Shown: positions 43,940-55,368 of the stretch, piece after piece
Layout of the letters: each line of letters starts with the position of its first letter
Position numbering within the stretch: position 1 is the stretch's first letter
Assembly (NCBI GenBank): GCA_965644495.1
Contig: CBFFSA010000001.1
Coordinates: 2,914,001-2,978,000 of the forward strand
Length of the DNA stretch: 64,000 bases
DNA from: Perkinsela sp. CCAP 1560/9
Lineage: Eukaryota; Protista; Euglenozoa: Kinetoplastea
Reading direction: 5' to 3'
Notes under the pieces: generated by a model
What the model saw: only the letters and a program-made list of their open reading frames with translations
The model's database searches: none
Told to the model about the DNA's origin: nothing
Made by a program: the position numbers and the translations under genes

Positions 43940-44467
43940 TCAGAAAGTCTGATGCCTAGGCTGAATCATAGGGTCGAAGTTATGACTTTGCCCTAGCCAA
44001 AAAAATAAGTCATCATGCAAAAAGAAGAAATTCGTTGAGTTTAATAAACTTTCATTTGTTGGCTGCTTCGTTAAAAACGTGAAAACTGTCCCCGCCTCTA
44101 AGCAACTTAAGTTCAATCAAGCACTTGAATAATGCACTAAAATACAAAATAAATGATAAAAATCATAGTTTTTTGCAGAACTTTCGGGTAAAGGCTTCAT
44201 CACATCTTTTCATGATGCCATATCGATTTCGAGATCTGTTTAATGCTGAAGGAATTAGGCTAAAAGCTCGTGCCACACAAATTTTGGACCCCCACCTTTT
44301 TCGTGCCCCCCCTCCCTGTAAAGTTATATCGTGAATACTTTTTTTCTGACTTAAATTTCTCTCAAAGCACCTCATTACAAATTAACTCAGAAAGTCTGAT
44401 GCCTAGGCTGAATCATAGGGTCGAAGTTATGACTTTTCCCTAGCCAAAAAAAGAAGTCATCATGCAA
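43940..44467 (+). repeat. 81-bp direct repeat (43940-44020, 44387-44467)
   Basis: TCAGAAAGTCTGATGCCTAGG...CATCATGCAA, about two mismatches. Confidence 0.9.
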
Positions 44468-44468
44468 C

Positions 44469-45204
44469 ATGAATGGAAGCGACTCCAACGTAGGAAATGC
44501 TGCCCTTCATCAAGAAGAAACTACCAACTACGAGTTCTCAAAAGTTCAAGTCGATGAAACCTACATTGGGAAAAGGAAATACAACCGCGGAAGACGACAA
44601 CGAAAGGAGGACTGGTGGTTTGTAAATATTTCGGTAAATATTCGAGGTGATCGGACGCAAAACTTGAAAAGCCCATTGGAAATTAGTTAAGACACGCGAC
44701 AAAATCCCCTTGGAGAATTTTACTCTGCCGCTGGTAACAAGTGCACGCTCCCTCGCGGTTTCAGATTGTTGGGGTGGGTACGTTGATTTCGGGGAATACT
44801 GTACACACTTTGCAGTTAATCATATTATCAATATGATAATATTTAAGGAGTTCGTTGAGGCCTACGGATATCATACAAATAATACCGAAGGCGTACACAG
44901 TACCACGACGTGGGTAAAGCAGCAGCACCACGTATTCGGAATGACTTCGATGGACCTGAAAAGGAACGTTGCACTTCAGTGCATCAAGTTTGGGTCCTTC
45001 CATAATCAGCGGAGAAAAGCGTGGAGAATTCGTTTAATCGAATTGTTGAACTGCATAAAAGACCACTATGGGTATGAAGCGAACGATCAGTTGGAAGATG
45101 TAAGCGAAAGTTATTGGAGTAAGGCGCCCCCCGACAGCGAGGACATTTTGATTAATAAGGAATCAAGCGGTGATGTCGAAGAAGATGGATTCTTAGAAGA
45201 GTAA
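44469..45204 (+). pseudogene. degenerate Merlin (IS1595-like) transposase
   Basis: VQVDETYIGKRKYNRGR, SDCWGGY, AVNH...YHTNNTEG across a frameshift. Confidence 0.88.
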
Positions 45205-45404
45205 AAGCGAGAACAACGTTTTGTACATAGGCATTTAAAGTGTACTGATCACCTCAGCTAGTGCGCTCGACCTCGGCTTCCAGGCTCTCCGAACCTTTGT
45301 GTTTTTTTTGCTTTTAGTCACTTTATAATAGAAGAAAAAAATACAAAAGAGGCCCCGGTGGTCCAAAACTGAAAATTAAATTTCAAAAAAAAATGCGCGG
45401 TCCA

Positions 45405-45572
45405 GGGGAGATCAAGGGTGGGATCAAGGGGGGGGAGGTCAAGGGGGGGGGGCAAAGAGGGGGGGTCAAGAGGGGGGTCACAGGGGGGGTCAAGGGGGGG
45501 GGGCAAGGAGGGGGGGTCAAGGGGGGGGTCAAGGGGGGTCCATGCGGGGGTCAAGGGGAGGCCCATGGGGGG
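45405..45572 (+). repeat. G-rich minisatellite, approximately (G6-9 TCAA)n
   Basis: More than ten GGGGG(G)TCAA-type units. Confidence 0.9.
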
Positions 45573-45804
45573 GCATACTTTTTGAAATTTTCAAAATTTT
45601 AAATTTAAAAATCGAGCGCAGGGAGGTGGTAGAGTATGCCGCGGCGATGATTTTCGACCCCCATGTTTGGGGGTGACCCGACCTCGTACGCGCAGGAGGG
45701 GTCCGTCAAGGTCAAAATTTCCGAACTTTTTGGGATCACGGAATAAAAGCTGTTCAAAAAAAAACGTTAAACCACTTTTTCCCCAAAATCGATTCCTAAG
45801 TCGA

Positions 45805-46025
45805 ATTTTGAGAGTTTGGGACCTCAACTACCATTCTGTGTCGTTTTTTCGTCAGATGCGTCTCCTAACCCTACTGGTAAACCTCAAAAATGGCCTAAAC
45901 TCGGGGTAAATTTTTTCATGTTTCGCCTAAGAATCGGGCTATTTCAGAATCGAGGAACACGAATTCTTCGTGGTTTTTTGGTAACTTTTCTTCTTTGGCT
46001 CTTCGTTAAACGCGGAGGTAGTTTT
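45805..46025 (+). repeat. dispersed repeat, copy 1 (copy 2 at 63239-63461)
   Basis: Shared ATTTTGAGAGTTTGG.ACCTCA.CTACCA...TACTGGTAA and identical CTTCGTTAAACGCGGAGGTAGTTTT. Confidence 0.85.
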
Positions 46026-46066
46026 GAAGTTTTAAGAAACTGCTCAGGGAAATTGGTGTTGTAGCA

Positions 46067-46552
46067 CGACACGCACCCAAGGCTCCTCACCTCAAACAAA
46101 GACATAAAGATGCCCGTCTGAAGCTTGCAAAAGAGCTGCAGCATTGGAGCACAGAGCAATTGTCACGCATCATCTGGTATGACAAGAAAATATTTCACTG
46201 CGGCTGTCGAAGCAACCGAAACCACTTTTGTCGAATCACCGACGTACCCATTGAAGCACCCAAAGGAATAGATAAGTGGTCCGATGGTCCTGGTATCATG
46301 GTGTGGATGGGAGTAAGTTTGAAGTACGGAAATCCATTACTTCGACAAACCAGGGGTAACAATCACAGGTCAAATTTTTGAAGATGCGAAGAAACGTGGG
46401 GGCTTTTCTTCGTTTCTCAAGCGTCACCACGGGGCCATAGTCGCGATGGATAACGCAACTGTGCGCAATCGAACACGTCGTTTGTTTGCAGGGGCCGGCA
46501 TTAAGATGCTTGATTGGCCGGGAAGTCCACCGACTTGAATCCGATCGAATGT
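46067..46552 (+). pseudogene. degenerate Tc1/Tc3-like transposase
   Basis: KAPHLKQRHKDARLKLAK..W....SRIIWYDKK, GIMVWMGVS, KMLDWPGS../DLNPIE with frameshifts. Confidence 0.85.
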
Positions 46553-48707
46553 ACGTGCCCAGACGGCCATAGAGGGAACAAGAAATCTGCTCCATGCAGC
46601 GCTTGGGACTCACGGTATGCCAAGATCCGATCTTTCTCCTGGACATTCAGTTTGTCGCGGAACGCCTTCTTATCGACCCGATCTTAGAGCGTGCCTGCGC
46701 ATACGCGGGAAGAGGCAGCAACGTGCACGGCTCGCGCTGCATTCGTCAATCTCTTACAGCTGCAAAGAGCCGCTATTTTTCCAGCAGCGAACCGTCACTG
46801 GTTCTTGCTGCTCTTCGGCATAAGATAATAATAATTATCGGAACGCATGAGGATCCCCGTTGTGGAGAAGCCATTCGTGTGCCTAGCGCAGCCCGGCTTC
46901 TGCAGCGATCCCTGGATCACGGCGTATATGAAACGGCAAGTATGTGACGCCGCCGCCGGATGCCCGGAGTGGGCCTATTATGCAAAGACCCTGACAGAAA
47001 TTTCACCAGGTGTCCCCTTTTTGAAAGCGAAGGACGATGGGGTGCGTCTAAGGGTCTGAACCCTGCTCTGCAAGCTCGGAGGGATAGTCATGTGCTTTCG
47101 GCTGCGTCACGAAGTCGTCACAGTGTCTTGCGATGTCCTTGAATCCCCTACGTTGGACAAAACCGTTGACGCCAACAACGAATCCATTGTTGCTCACCTT
47201 GCGACCCATTCTCGGGCGGTATCTCTAGTTCACCGATCCCTTCCGTACGAACTTTGACCTGCAAGCCCTTGTTCGCCGCCTGAAGAAACCAGCGACCAAC
47301 CGGGGCAATCTGGTATCCTTCACTTTCCTACACTGCTCCCAGCAGCAAATGTTTGGTACTATGCCCCGCCCAGCTCTGCGGCCATCAAGTCCTGCTCGTT
47401 ATACCTCATTATCAAGCTCACATACCCAAGCTCTTCTCGATAAATGCTCAAATGTGCAAAGATTCGGAGCCTTTTCTATAACATGTGGGCCGTCCTCAAT
47501 AAAGCCCGGAAGTGTAATATTTCAATACCAGAGTATGCGGCATTCTGTATATAGCATGGGGTTTACTGTGTACGCCCCCGTTCACCCTGTTTTGCCCCGG
47601 ATTATGCAGCTCGAAAAAATGCTTGAAACTGTATAAATACTTTACTGTGTATAGACTGGGGAAACAGGAATTCAGAACAGAAAGTTTGCCCCAAGGGCTT
47701 CCAGGTTGTCCCTTGGTGTTTCAAGGTCGACAAGTCCATACAATTGAACTAAAGACGCAGAAAAGTAAAAATCGTAGCGTACAGTTGTCATGAACCCATA
47801 GTCGTATTATCCAGTGATGGTTTGCAGTTTTATCAAACTCGGATAATACTCCCTTGTATTGTAAAAGTGAAGCATGAACACACGTTAAAGAAAGCCACTT
47901 ACTTGCTTTTCGTTTATAACAGATTGTCTGCACGTCCATCACTATCAAACAACGATCTGATTATGAAATGTCCACACAAGTAAAAAAGACCATGCAAATG
48001 TATGGCAGTACTAACGCAGTCCCTGGCTTCCTTCGCAAGGTTATATTCCTCTTTATTTGAGAGTGTGCAGGTCATCGATTCCAAGTCATATAAAGAAAGA
48101 AATTTTTGTGCTTTATTATCAAAACGTTAAACTATACCTCCACAGAATGATGCCCCACAACGTACCTGAGAATAATCTGTTGGGCTCCCCTCGATAATAT
48201 CCAACGAACTACATACATGTATTACCAAACATCGTTTAACAATTATCGAAAATGGCCAAAGACATTGCGCATGGTTTTGCTCACTTGCCAAATTCCACCG
48301 TGTACTTTCTATCACGTATAGAATCGAACTCCAGAATGAAATATTGCTGATAAATGATGCACTGATTAATGTGAATAAATCGGATCACCCTCACAAGAAC
48401 CATGAAATCGTTTGAACGAGCAAACACTATCAAGTGCGTGCTTATTGCCTTTCATGACTTGAAAAGTACATTGCAGTACGTCATTTTTCCATCTCGAGAT
48501 GTCATCGTCGTGAAGTGCCCAAATTTAGTTACTGCGGGACATTAAACCGCTGATCGCTCACTTCGGCTACTGGACTCCAGGCTTCTATTCTTAAGATAAT
48601 ATCATAAGTAAAACGCAAAGCAGGAAGTCTCACCTTCTTAAATAGAAATTTAGCGTCAGAATAACAAAACAAAACATACAAACTACGCAATACAAACTTT
48701 TTATCAC

Positions 48708-50051
48708 CTAATTAAGTTCTTCAATAATAATATCCTTCATATTATTTCCATCCGAATATACTACCTTCCGCGATCCTTCCTGGGGCGCGGACAATCCAGT
48801 TTCCATACTCTCTGTGTTTCTGACATCGATATTCCCCTTCGGAGAGCCACTTCTCCCCACACGACGTCGTGTGATGGCATTGATATCAGTTACCGGTGGG
48901 AGTTCAGCGTTTGCACACCCCATCGGTTCCTCCGAAAAGAAGGGGTGTTCTAGTGCCTCTTTTGCAGATGGCCTTTGCCGTGGGTCCCAGTGAAGCAGCA
49001 ACAATAAAAAATCTACCCCCAGTGGAGACAAGCGTGACCCAAATCGTGCCGCTACCGTATTTTCTGTGGGGTTTGCACACGGGAGTTGCGACAAAATCGC
49101 CTTTCCCATTTTTGTCCCTTTGTACAAATCCAAACAACACGGCACCCCGAGAAGCTCAAAAAGCTCTCGAATTAACTCAGTTTCCGCCTCTACGCTGTCC
49201 GGAACAAACGGAGGCCGGGCACATCTTCCCACCAGCGTGGATCCCAGGAGTAGCTCCGCGAACACAACCCCGACACCCCAGAGATCGAGCGCTGCGCTGT
49301 AGAGATGCCTCGCGCGGAACACCACCTCCGGGCTGCGGTAGATCATGGTCATCACGTGAGCCGTCCAAGCCTCTGGGGGAAGCGCGACCCCTCCAAAATG
49401 CCGGACCAGACCGAAATCGCAAATTTTAAGTCCCCCATGGGCGTCGAGCAGTAAATTCGAGGTTTTAATATCCCGGTGCACCACCCAGTTATGGTGGAGG
49501 TGGGCTAGACCGTGTAGAAGTTGCTGGGTGAGATTTTTAACCTGAGCAAGCGTGAGCCGGGGCTCCGATCTCAGCTCTCGCATCCACACCTTAACATCGG
49601 CGGGGCAATACTCCATCACGAGAAAGACCTCCGAGGGGTCATCCCCGGTGCACACCTCCACTACCCGCACGAGATTCGTATGGGAACATCCGAGCAGGAC
49701 GTTAATCTCCCGGAGAAGGTAGTGAGGGAACCCCCCGCGGTGGTTGTGGATGTGCTCGGGTTTAATTCGCTTCACGGCATAGATTTCAGCGCTTGAGGGT
49801 TTAGCCTCCGTAGTCGCCGTCTTCATGGCTCGAAAAACAACCCCGTAGGAGCCCTCAGAGATGGTGTTGAGTTTCTTGTACTTGGAGATGTGCTCACAAC
49901 GACGGAGGTACCGGGGAGGGGTCGTGCGGGGCCAGGAGAGACGGGTTTCGGTGGAAATGTTTTCACTTAGAAGTTGCAGCACGCTTTGAGGGCGCACAGG
50001 GGCGCTGCTTTGTGAAATATCCTGGAGGAAGGAATCAATATCGTTACCCAT
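48708..50051 (-). CDS. cdc2-related kinase, CDK11/CRK9-like
   Basis: ISEGSYGVVF, cyclin helix GFPHYLLREI, HRDIKTSNLL, ICDFGL; the PxYLLRE helix recalls kinetoplastid CRK9. Confidence 0.85.
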   Translation of the reverse strand: MGNDIDSFLQDISQSSAPVRPQSVLQLLSENISTETRLSWPRTTPPRYLRRCEHISKYKKLNTISEGSYGVVFRAMKTATTEAKPSSAEIYAVKRIKPEHIHNHRGGFPHYLLREINVLLGCSHTNLVRVVEVCTGDDPSEVFLVMEYCPADVKVWMRELRSEPRLTLAQVKNLTQQLLHGLAHLHHNWVVHRDIKTSNLLLDAHGGLKICDFGLVRHFGGVALPPEAWTAHVMTMIYRSPEVVFRARHLYSAALDLWGVGVVFAELLLGSTLVGRCARPPFVPDSVEAETELIRELFELLGVPCCLDLYKGTKMGKAILSQLPCANPTENTVAARFGSRLSPLGVDFLLLLLHWDPRQRPSAKEALEHPFFSEEPMGCANAELPPVTDINAITRRRVGRSGSPKGNIDVRNTESMETGLSAPQEGSRKVVYSDGNNMKDIIIEELN

Positions 50052-50296
50052 TAGGGAGAGGGGTGAAGTCTTGGAACCGGAGTGGACATGAAGGGTGGTG
50101 TGAAGGTTGAAAGTAGGAAAAAGAAGACCTTAAAAGGTTCATTTTTAATTCATTGTAGTAGAGTAATTTGTAAGATATATTTTTATCCCCGCGATGTCAA
50201 CTTCATATATAGGAAAGTACTGAAGAAAAAGTTCGACCCCCATCACTGCACATGAAGGTAATTTTCACAAAAGGTTCATGACCAAAGCATACATGT

Positions 50297-53200
50297 TCAA
50301 GGGTGACGCATCACCGCGTTCGCCGGGGAGGCAACCCATTCAGACTGTAAGCTCTCTCCTGCGTGTGATCCCGTTTCCCAGGATACCACAGAAGACTCGA
50401 CTTGTGCGGGTAGAGGAGAAGACGGGCCATCCTCTGCTTGCCCTCTAGTACGGTTGCGCAGCCATGGGTGTCCCATCAGCCCCGTCGCACTCCATCTTTC
50501 CTCCGGATCATGCCGAAAACAGTGCTCCAGAAAATCGCGACATTCCGGGTCAATGGTCTCTGGAACATTCGTAGGCAGTCCCTCATGGGTGCTAATAAAA
50601 AGCAGCGCGCTGTAAATATTTTCAAAATTCTCCGACCACGGGACATCACCTCCGTTAAGCATTTCAACCACCGTACACCCCACGGACCAAATATCCGCCT
50701 TGGTACCATAGGGTCCATGTTTAATCACCTCAGGGGCCATAAAATACGGCGACCCCACACACCCGGTCGGATTCACCGTGGCCGATAAAATCCGACTACA
50801 CCCGAAATCCGCCAGCCGCACATGACCCTCGGAATCAATTAAAATATTCTCCCCCTTGATATCGCGATGCACAATGTTGTGTCCGTGGAGGTAGGCCAGC
50901 CCCTGGAGCATCTCCCGGGTGTAATGCGCAATCAGCGCGTGCCCCAGCCCGTGGAACCGCCTGCACAGCGCCGTGAGATTCCCCCCGGAGGCGTACTCCA
51001 TAAAGAGCGCCATGGTGTGGGCCGTGACCACGCTGCCGTAGTACCGAATCACGTGGGGGTGGGAGAGGGTTTGCAGCATCGCGAGCTCCGCCTTCAGGGC
51101 CTCGTGCTCCGTGGCGCGCAGTTCCCCAGAGGACAGCGCAATCTCTTTCACCGCGACGAGCCGCGGGGTCCCGCGGTACCGCAGCAGCCCGACATAGACG
51201 GTGCCGTAGTTCCCTTTGCCAATGACGGGACCGCGGCGGAAGGCTTTTTCGAGTTCGTGGGAGGCGATGGCGAGACGACCGGTGAGGGGAGGGGGGGAGG
51301 GGTCGAGGAGAGGGAGGGGGAGGGGGGTGGGGGGAGGGGAGGGGAGGGAGAGGCGCTTGGGAAGAGTACGACGACGACGGGGACCTTTGGAGAGGTAAAA
51401 GAGCACCAGGTAACGCTCGAGGAAGGCGTGATAGGCGTTAAGAATGGTGGTGTGCTCGGTTTTAAGGTCACGCCACTGGTCGAGGAGTTCTCGTTTCTCG
51501 GATAAAGGGGCTTTGTGGATTCTGGTTTTGTGTTCGAGGAGAGCTTCCTCGGTATTAAAAAGGGCTTGCTTCCATCGTGTGTTGGTTTCGAGATCGGTCG
51601 GATCGATTTCAAGCTCGGTGTCGTCGTCTTCGGACACTAATGTACAGAAATGCGACGCAAGAAAACTGAATATGGCGGATAGAAGCAATTTTACGGCCAG
51701 ATTTTGTGCAATCGTAAATATGAATAAAGATCGGTCCTGAACGCTGTCCTGAACGCAATCAAAGAAAGAGACGAACGTGACGCATAAGTACAGCCCGCCT
51801 TGTATCTTATTCACGTTCTTGAAAGCACAGGGGCGCGCCCAGTAATGGAGTAGAAAAAGGACGATGTCCCAATACAATTTGTAAAACCTTGTATTCATTC
51901 CTCGCCAAACCAGGAAATGCAGCGTAGTTGAACGCAAAATCAAAACGCAACTTCGTAGCGTTACGAAACCTCTTTTATGACGTAGATCACTATCTCGTTG
52001 GTATGGTGGGTGTGCCATAGGAAACTGTGTGTTGTGGGATATATTCGGGACAATCCATGTAAAGGCGAGAAAAGTAGCGAACCGATGAAGGCTCTCCGGT
52101 TTCTCTACCGCACGGCTCATGAGTAGGCAAACCAGCGGATAATATAGGGAGTTCGTTATCCAACTGAGGACACTATGCCCGGCGGAAAGAAACGAATCAA
52201 AGATAAATTGTTTATCGCCAAAAATAGAGTTGTCCCAAAACATAGCTAACCACAGCACGATCCACGCAACAATCGCAAGGCCAACAAATTTCTCGAGATA
52301 CGAAACGACGTACACTTCGCGGAATAAGCTAATGCCACTAAGCAAGTAATGAGGCTTTGTACAAAGAATCAGTATTTCAAGTAGAATGGCTGAAATGTTC
52401 CAGTAGTTTTGTGCTAGGTAGTTGAACTCATAATAACTTAAATGCAGATCTAAAGGAGGCGCCACACGTAGCTCTTTTACTAGTGATTCAATAGAACCGC
52501 TTGCATAAAGCAACGTCGCGAATAAAAGTAATACAGCACTCAGAGGAGCGAACAGAAAGAACGCATAAATATCCTCTCCAGCGTAGCTGTATTGCGTAAC
52601 CGAAGTATTCGCTATTCTGCCTCGTAAAAGCGGTACCGCTTGCTTCCGATTCGTTAACAAGTTAGATGCCGTCTTTTCGGGAACTCTTCCCTCCAGGTAC
52701 AGGTACCTTCGCATTTCATCGGATAATGCATCATAATCTGACTTTTGGGGTATATGCATCGACCCAACTTTCTCATCCGGATGCGGTGTTTGTTCAATTG
52801 GATAAGGAAGAGAAATACGAGGAACATATGAAGGTGATGCCTCGTGAGAAAAAATCGGCCATGAATTATCCAGTAGGATGGCACCGGAATGATAAAGAGT
52901 GTAGTATCCACCGATGGATTGGTATATGGCCCGCAATGCGTCAATAGTCTCTTCAGCAAAGTTATTGTGCGCCTGGTCTATAGATTCTCTCATTTCTGAG
53001 TGAGAAACGGTCGATGGAGCTGCCCCCTTGTCATTGTACCCTTTTGTAGCCATCGACAAATACGTAGATAGATCCTGACATTCAGACACCATATCTCCTC
53101 GCAGATACATGTCGCACATTCCAGCAAATTTGATATTATCTCTTTCCATCGTGGATGAAAAATTGTTAAACTTGTTCGTGTAAAAAATGCATCCTGATAG

Positions 53201-54484
53201 ATCATTGCGTGAGGCTCGCTTAAGTTTAAGAGGAATAATGTATAGGTCTCTGCAGCTAAGCGGAGCGCGAAAAGGCTCCATCCTAGCAGTCTTTCCTTTG
53301 GTTTCAATTGCTTGTAAGCAAAGAGTCGAATTTGGGAAGAGTGTGAGGTAAGGCTCCTGCGCACCTTGCTGGGGCATTTCGTCCTGCACAAAATTGTTAC
53401 TCCCCAACAAGGTATATCCGTTTGAGACAATGGACACACCTGGGCGCAGGTCTAAGTTATCAGAGCCAAGTAAGAGAGTGCCTTCGACACTAAAGACACT
53501 CCGAAAAATGGAATTCGGCGAAAGAAAGAAATCCTCAGGATACAGTGCATGAAAACTACCACCTAAGATTGTTAATGAACTTTCTGTACCAAATCGAACA
53601 CGTCCTTGTGCTTTAATGACACCGCTGAGCAACAGTACATCAGTGGGTCCATCAAACGAGGTTTCCTGTAAAATTAAAGAGTCTGTAGCGAACACTACTC
53701 GACTGTTTGCAGTGCTTTCAGCTACCACGCATAATGACCTCGTATGAATATTATCGGTCCCAATAAGTGTGCTGTTCCACAGTTGTATATTGCCTGTGAC
53801 AAAGCCTGAAATTGTTAGCTCAGCATCGCTGTTGACCCTAATAAGAGCGCCTGACTGAGACGTAACAGAGGTAAATGTTGCTTTTGTAGCGCTTGCTAAC
53901 TCAATTTTGCCGGAGTTGTCTATAGGAACGTCGCAGTACATGCGGGACTGGGAAAGGAACTGGTTAGTCATACTAAAACTTTTGGCATGCATCTCAATGT
54001 ATAGGGTCCCAAAGTTCTCCACACGTGCCTTGTCTGAAGCTCTAAGCAAGATATCATGCATGCTATTCGAAACAAGATAAAGGGAGCCGTAATTTACGAT
54101 CCGAGCATTTGACCCCATTGCAAAATTGGATGCATGAATAACTAAACTCCCATGATTCTCAAGCGTACAGTCCAAGAAGCATTTCCCAGTGCCACTTCCT
54201 GCGAAACCATTGTTACGAATATGTATTGTACCGTTGCCCTGAATCTCTCCTGACGGCCATTGAAAGGATTCTGTTTGAAGAACTTGCCCATCGAGGAACA
54301 TTGAAGACTCCGTATCCAAAGTTTCATAGACAGTTGTGTTAGATAGCTTTCCATCATATTCTGCGACAGTCGGGGAACCGGAAGGTCCATAGTTTACCCT
54401 TGGTATTTGCCTCCAAATGACATCTCCAACCACCCAACTTAACCAGAGTAGTACAACGTATCGTACTATCTGTTTCTGTTGCAT
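50297..54484 (-). CDS. multi-pass membrane STE11/MAP3K-family kinase with a large ectodomain
   Basis: Signal-like N-terminus, several TM helices at ~aa 640-950, kinase with GKGNYGTVY, HRDIKGENIL, ADFG, GSPYFMAPE, DIWSVGCTVVEM. Confidence 0.9.
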   Translation of the reverse strand: MQQKQIVRYVVLLWLSWVVGDVIWRQIPRVNYGPSGSPTVAEYDGKLSNTTVYETLDTESSMFLDGQVLQTESFQWPSGEIQGNGTIHIRNNGFAGSGTGKCFLDCTLENHGSLVIHASNFAMGSNARIVNYGSLYLVSNSMHDILLRASDKARVENFGTLYIEMHAKSFSMTNQFLSQSRMYCDVPIDNSGKIELASATKATFTSVTSQSGALIRVNSDAELTISGFVTGNIQLWNSTLIGTDNIHTRSLCVVAESTANSRVVFATDSLILQETSFDGPTDVLLLSGVIKAQGRVRFGTESSLTILGGSFHALYPEDFFLSPNSIFRSVFSVEGTLLLGSDNLDLRPGVSIVSNGYTLLGSNNFVQDEMPQQGAQEPYLTLFPNSTLCLQAIETKGKTARMEPFRAPLSCRDLYIIPLKLKRASRNDLSGCIFYTNKFNNFSSTMERDNIKFAGMCDMYLRGDMVSECQDLSTYLSMATKGYNDKGAAPSTVSHSEMRESIDQAHNNFAEETIDALRAIYQSIGGYYTLYHSGAILLDNSWPIFSHEASPSYVPRISLPYPIEQTPHPDEKVGSMHIPQKSDYDALSDEMRRYLYLEGRVPEKTASNLLTNRKQAVPLLRGRIANTSVTQYSYAGEDIYAFFLFAPLSAVLLLFATLLYASGSIESLVKELRVAPPLDLHLSYYEFNYLAQNYWNISAILLEILILCTKPHYLLSGISLFREVYVVSYLEKFVGLAIVAWIVLWLAMFWDNSIFGDKQFIFDSFLSAGHSVLSWITNSLYYPLVCLLMSRAVEKPESLHRFATFLAFTWIVPNISHNTQFPMAHPPYQRDSDLRHKRGFVTLRSCVLILRSTTLHFLVWRGMNTRFYKLYWDIVLFLLHYWARPCAFKNVNKIQGGLYLCVTFVSFFDCVQDSVQDRSLFIFTIAQNLAVKLLLSAIFSFLASHFCTLVSEDDDTELEIDPTDLETNTRWKQALFNTEEALLEHKTRIHKAPLSEKRELLDQWRDLKTEHTTILNAYHAFLERYLVLFYLSKGPRRRRTLPKRLSLPSPPPTPLPLPLLDPSPPPLTGRLAIASHELEKAFRRGPVIGKGNYGTVYVGLLRYRGTPRLVAVKEIALSSGELRATEHEALKAELAMLQTLSHPHVIRYYGSVVTAHTMALFMEYASGGNLTALCRRFHGLGHALIAHYTREMLQGLAYLHGHNIVHRDIKGENILIDSEGHVRLADFGCSRILSATVNPTGCVGSPYFMAPEVIKHGPYGTKADIWSVGCTVVEMLNGGDVPWSENFENIYSALLFISTHEGLPTNVPETIDPECRDFLEHCFRHDPEERWSATGLMGHPWLRNRTRGQAEDGPSSPLPAQVESSVVSWETGSHAGESLQSEWVASPANAVMRHP

Positions 54485-54809
54485 CGAAACTGATGGAATG
54501 CGTCGAAGGCTTCAAACATACTCTATTTTCCCTCAGTGACCTCAGCAGTGTCAACCAGTTGCATGTGAAAACATACGGACATATCCTACCTAAAAGTGAC
54601 TTGCTTGTAAACACTAAAAATTCAGGACAACTAACAGCAAATGTATTCAAATATGCAAATACACGCAGATTTACGTGATATAATGTGGAATTAAAGTTTA
54701 GTTCAATTTCAATATTTCTTAATAAATTGGGAATATATTTCAAAACTTCTCGGGTATCCTTTCGCTTTCCTCAAGTGCTTCGCCTGATTCTTTTGAAGGC
54801 ACTCACTCG

Positions 54810-55196
54810 CTAATTTTCTTTCTTTGCAAGATTGCTTCTCACACGACGCACACGGCGCAATTCATGGCGTTCGAAATCGGTTGACTCTCGCTTAGCTTGA
54901 GCAACGCCAAGTTTGCGGCTGATAGGCCCGGAGGAGTATTTCGTATTCAGATCATCCTTTTTAAATGCAGCGCGAACGGCTTTGCTGCTTGCACCACGAG
55001 TAATGTCCGTTTTCAAATCAGTCAATTTTAGGGATTTAAGATTGATCATTACACGAGGGATACGACATTCCGGATTCTGAACAAGGACGTGATTCTGGTC
55101 AATAACGTTTACGATCAATGCAGCTTTGTTCTTAAAGGCACCGCGCGTGATTTGCACCAGACGACCAACCTCAACGAACTTCTCTGAACTACGCAT
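54810..55196 (-). CDS. RPL14: 60S ribosomal protein eL14
   Basis: FVEVGRLV, AALIVNVIDQNHVLV, TDFER; start at MRSSEK. Confidence 0.92.
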   Translation of the reverse strand: MRSSEKFVEVGRLVQITRGAFKNKAALIVNVIDQNHVLVQNPECRIPRVMINLKSLKLTDLKTDITRGASSKAVRAAFKKDDLNTKYSSGPISRKLGVAQAKRESTDFERHELRRVRRVRSNLAKKEN

Positions 55197-55368
55197 TCTA
55201 TAAAATACAAAAAAGATAAGCCAGGGAAAAATATCTATTCTATATTTCGTCAAAATAGAACTTACTATACTACACACAAGTGTAAACATACCTGTAAAAA
55301 AGTATCATACGGAACGAAGGAAAAAATAATATCAATCATGAATTCGTGTTGGATTACTTTCCGGAGTC

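Noticed and set aside
45405-45572. Telomeric repeat array
   Set aside because: Units are not TTAGGG, are irregular, and lie internally
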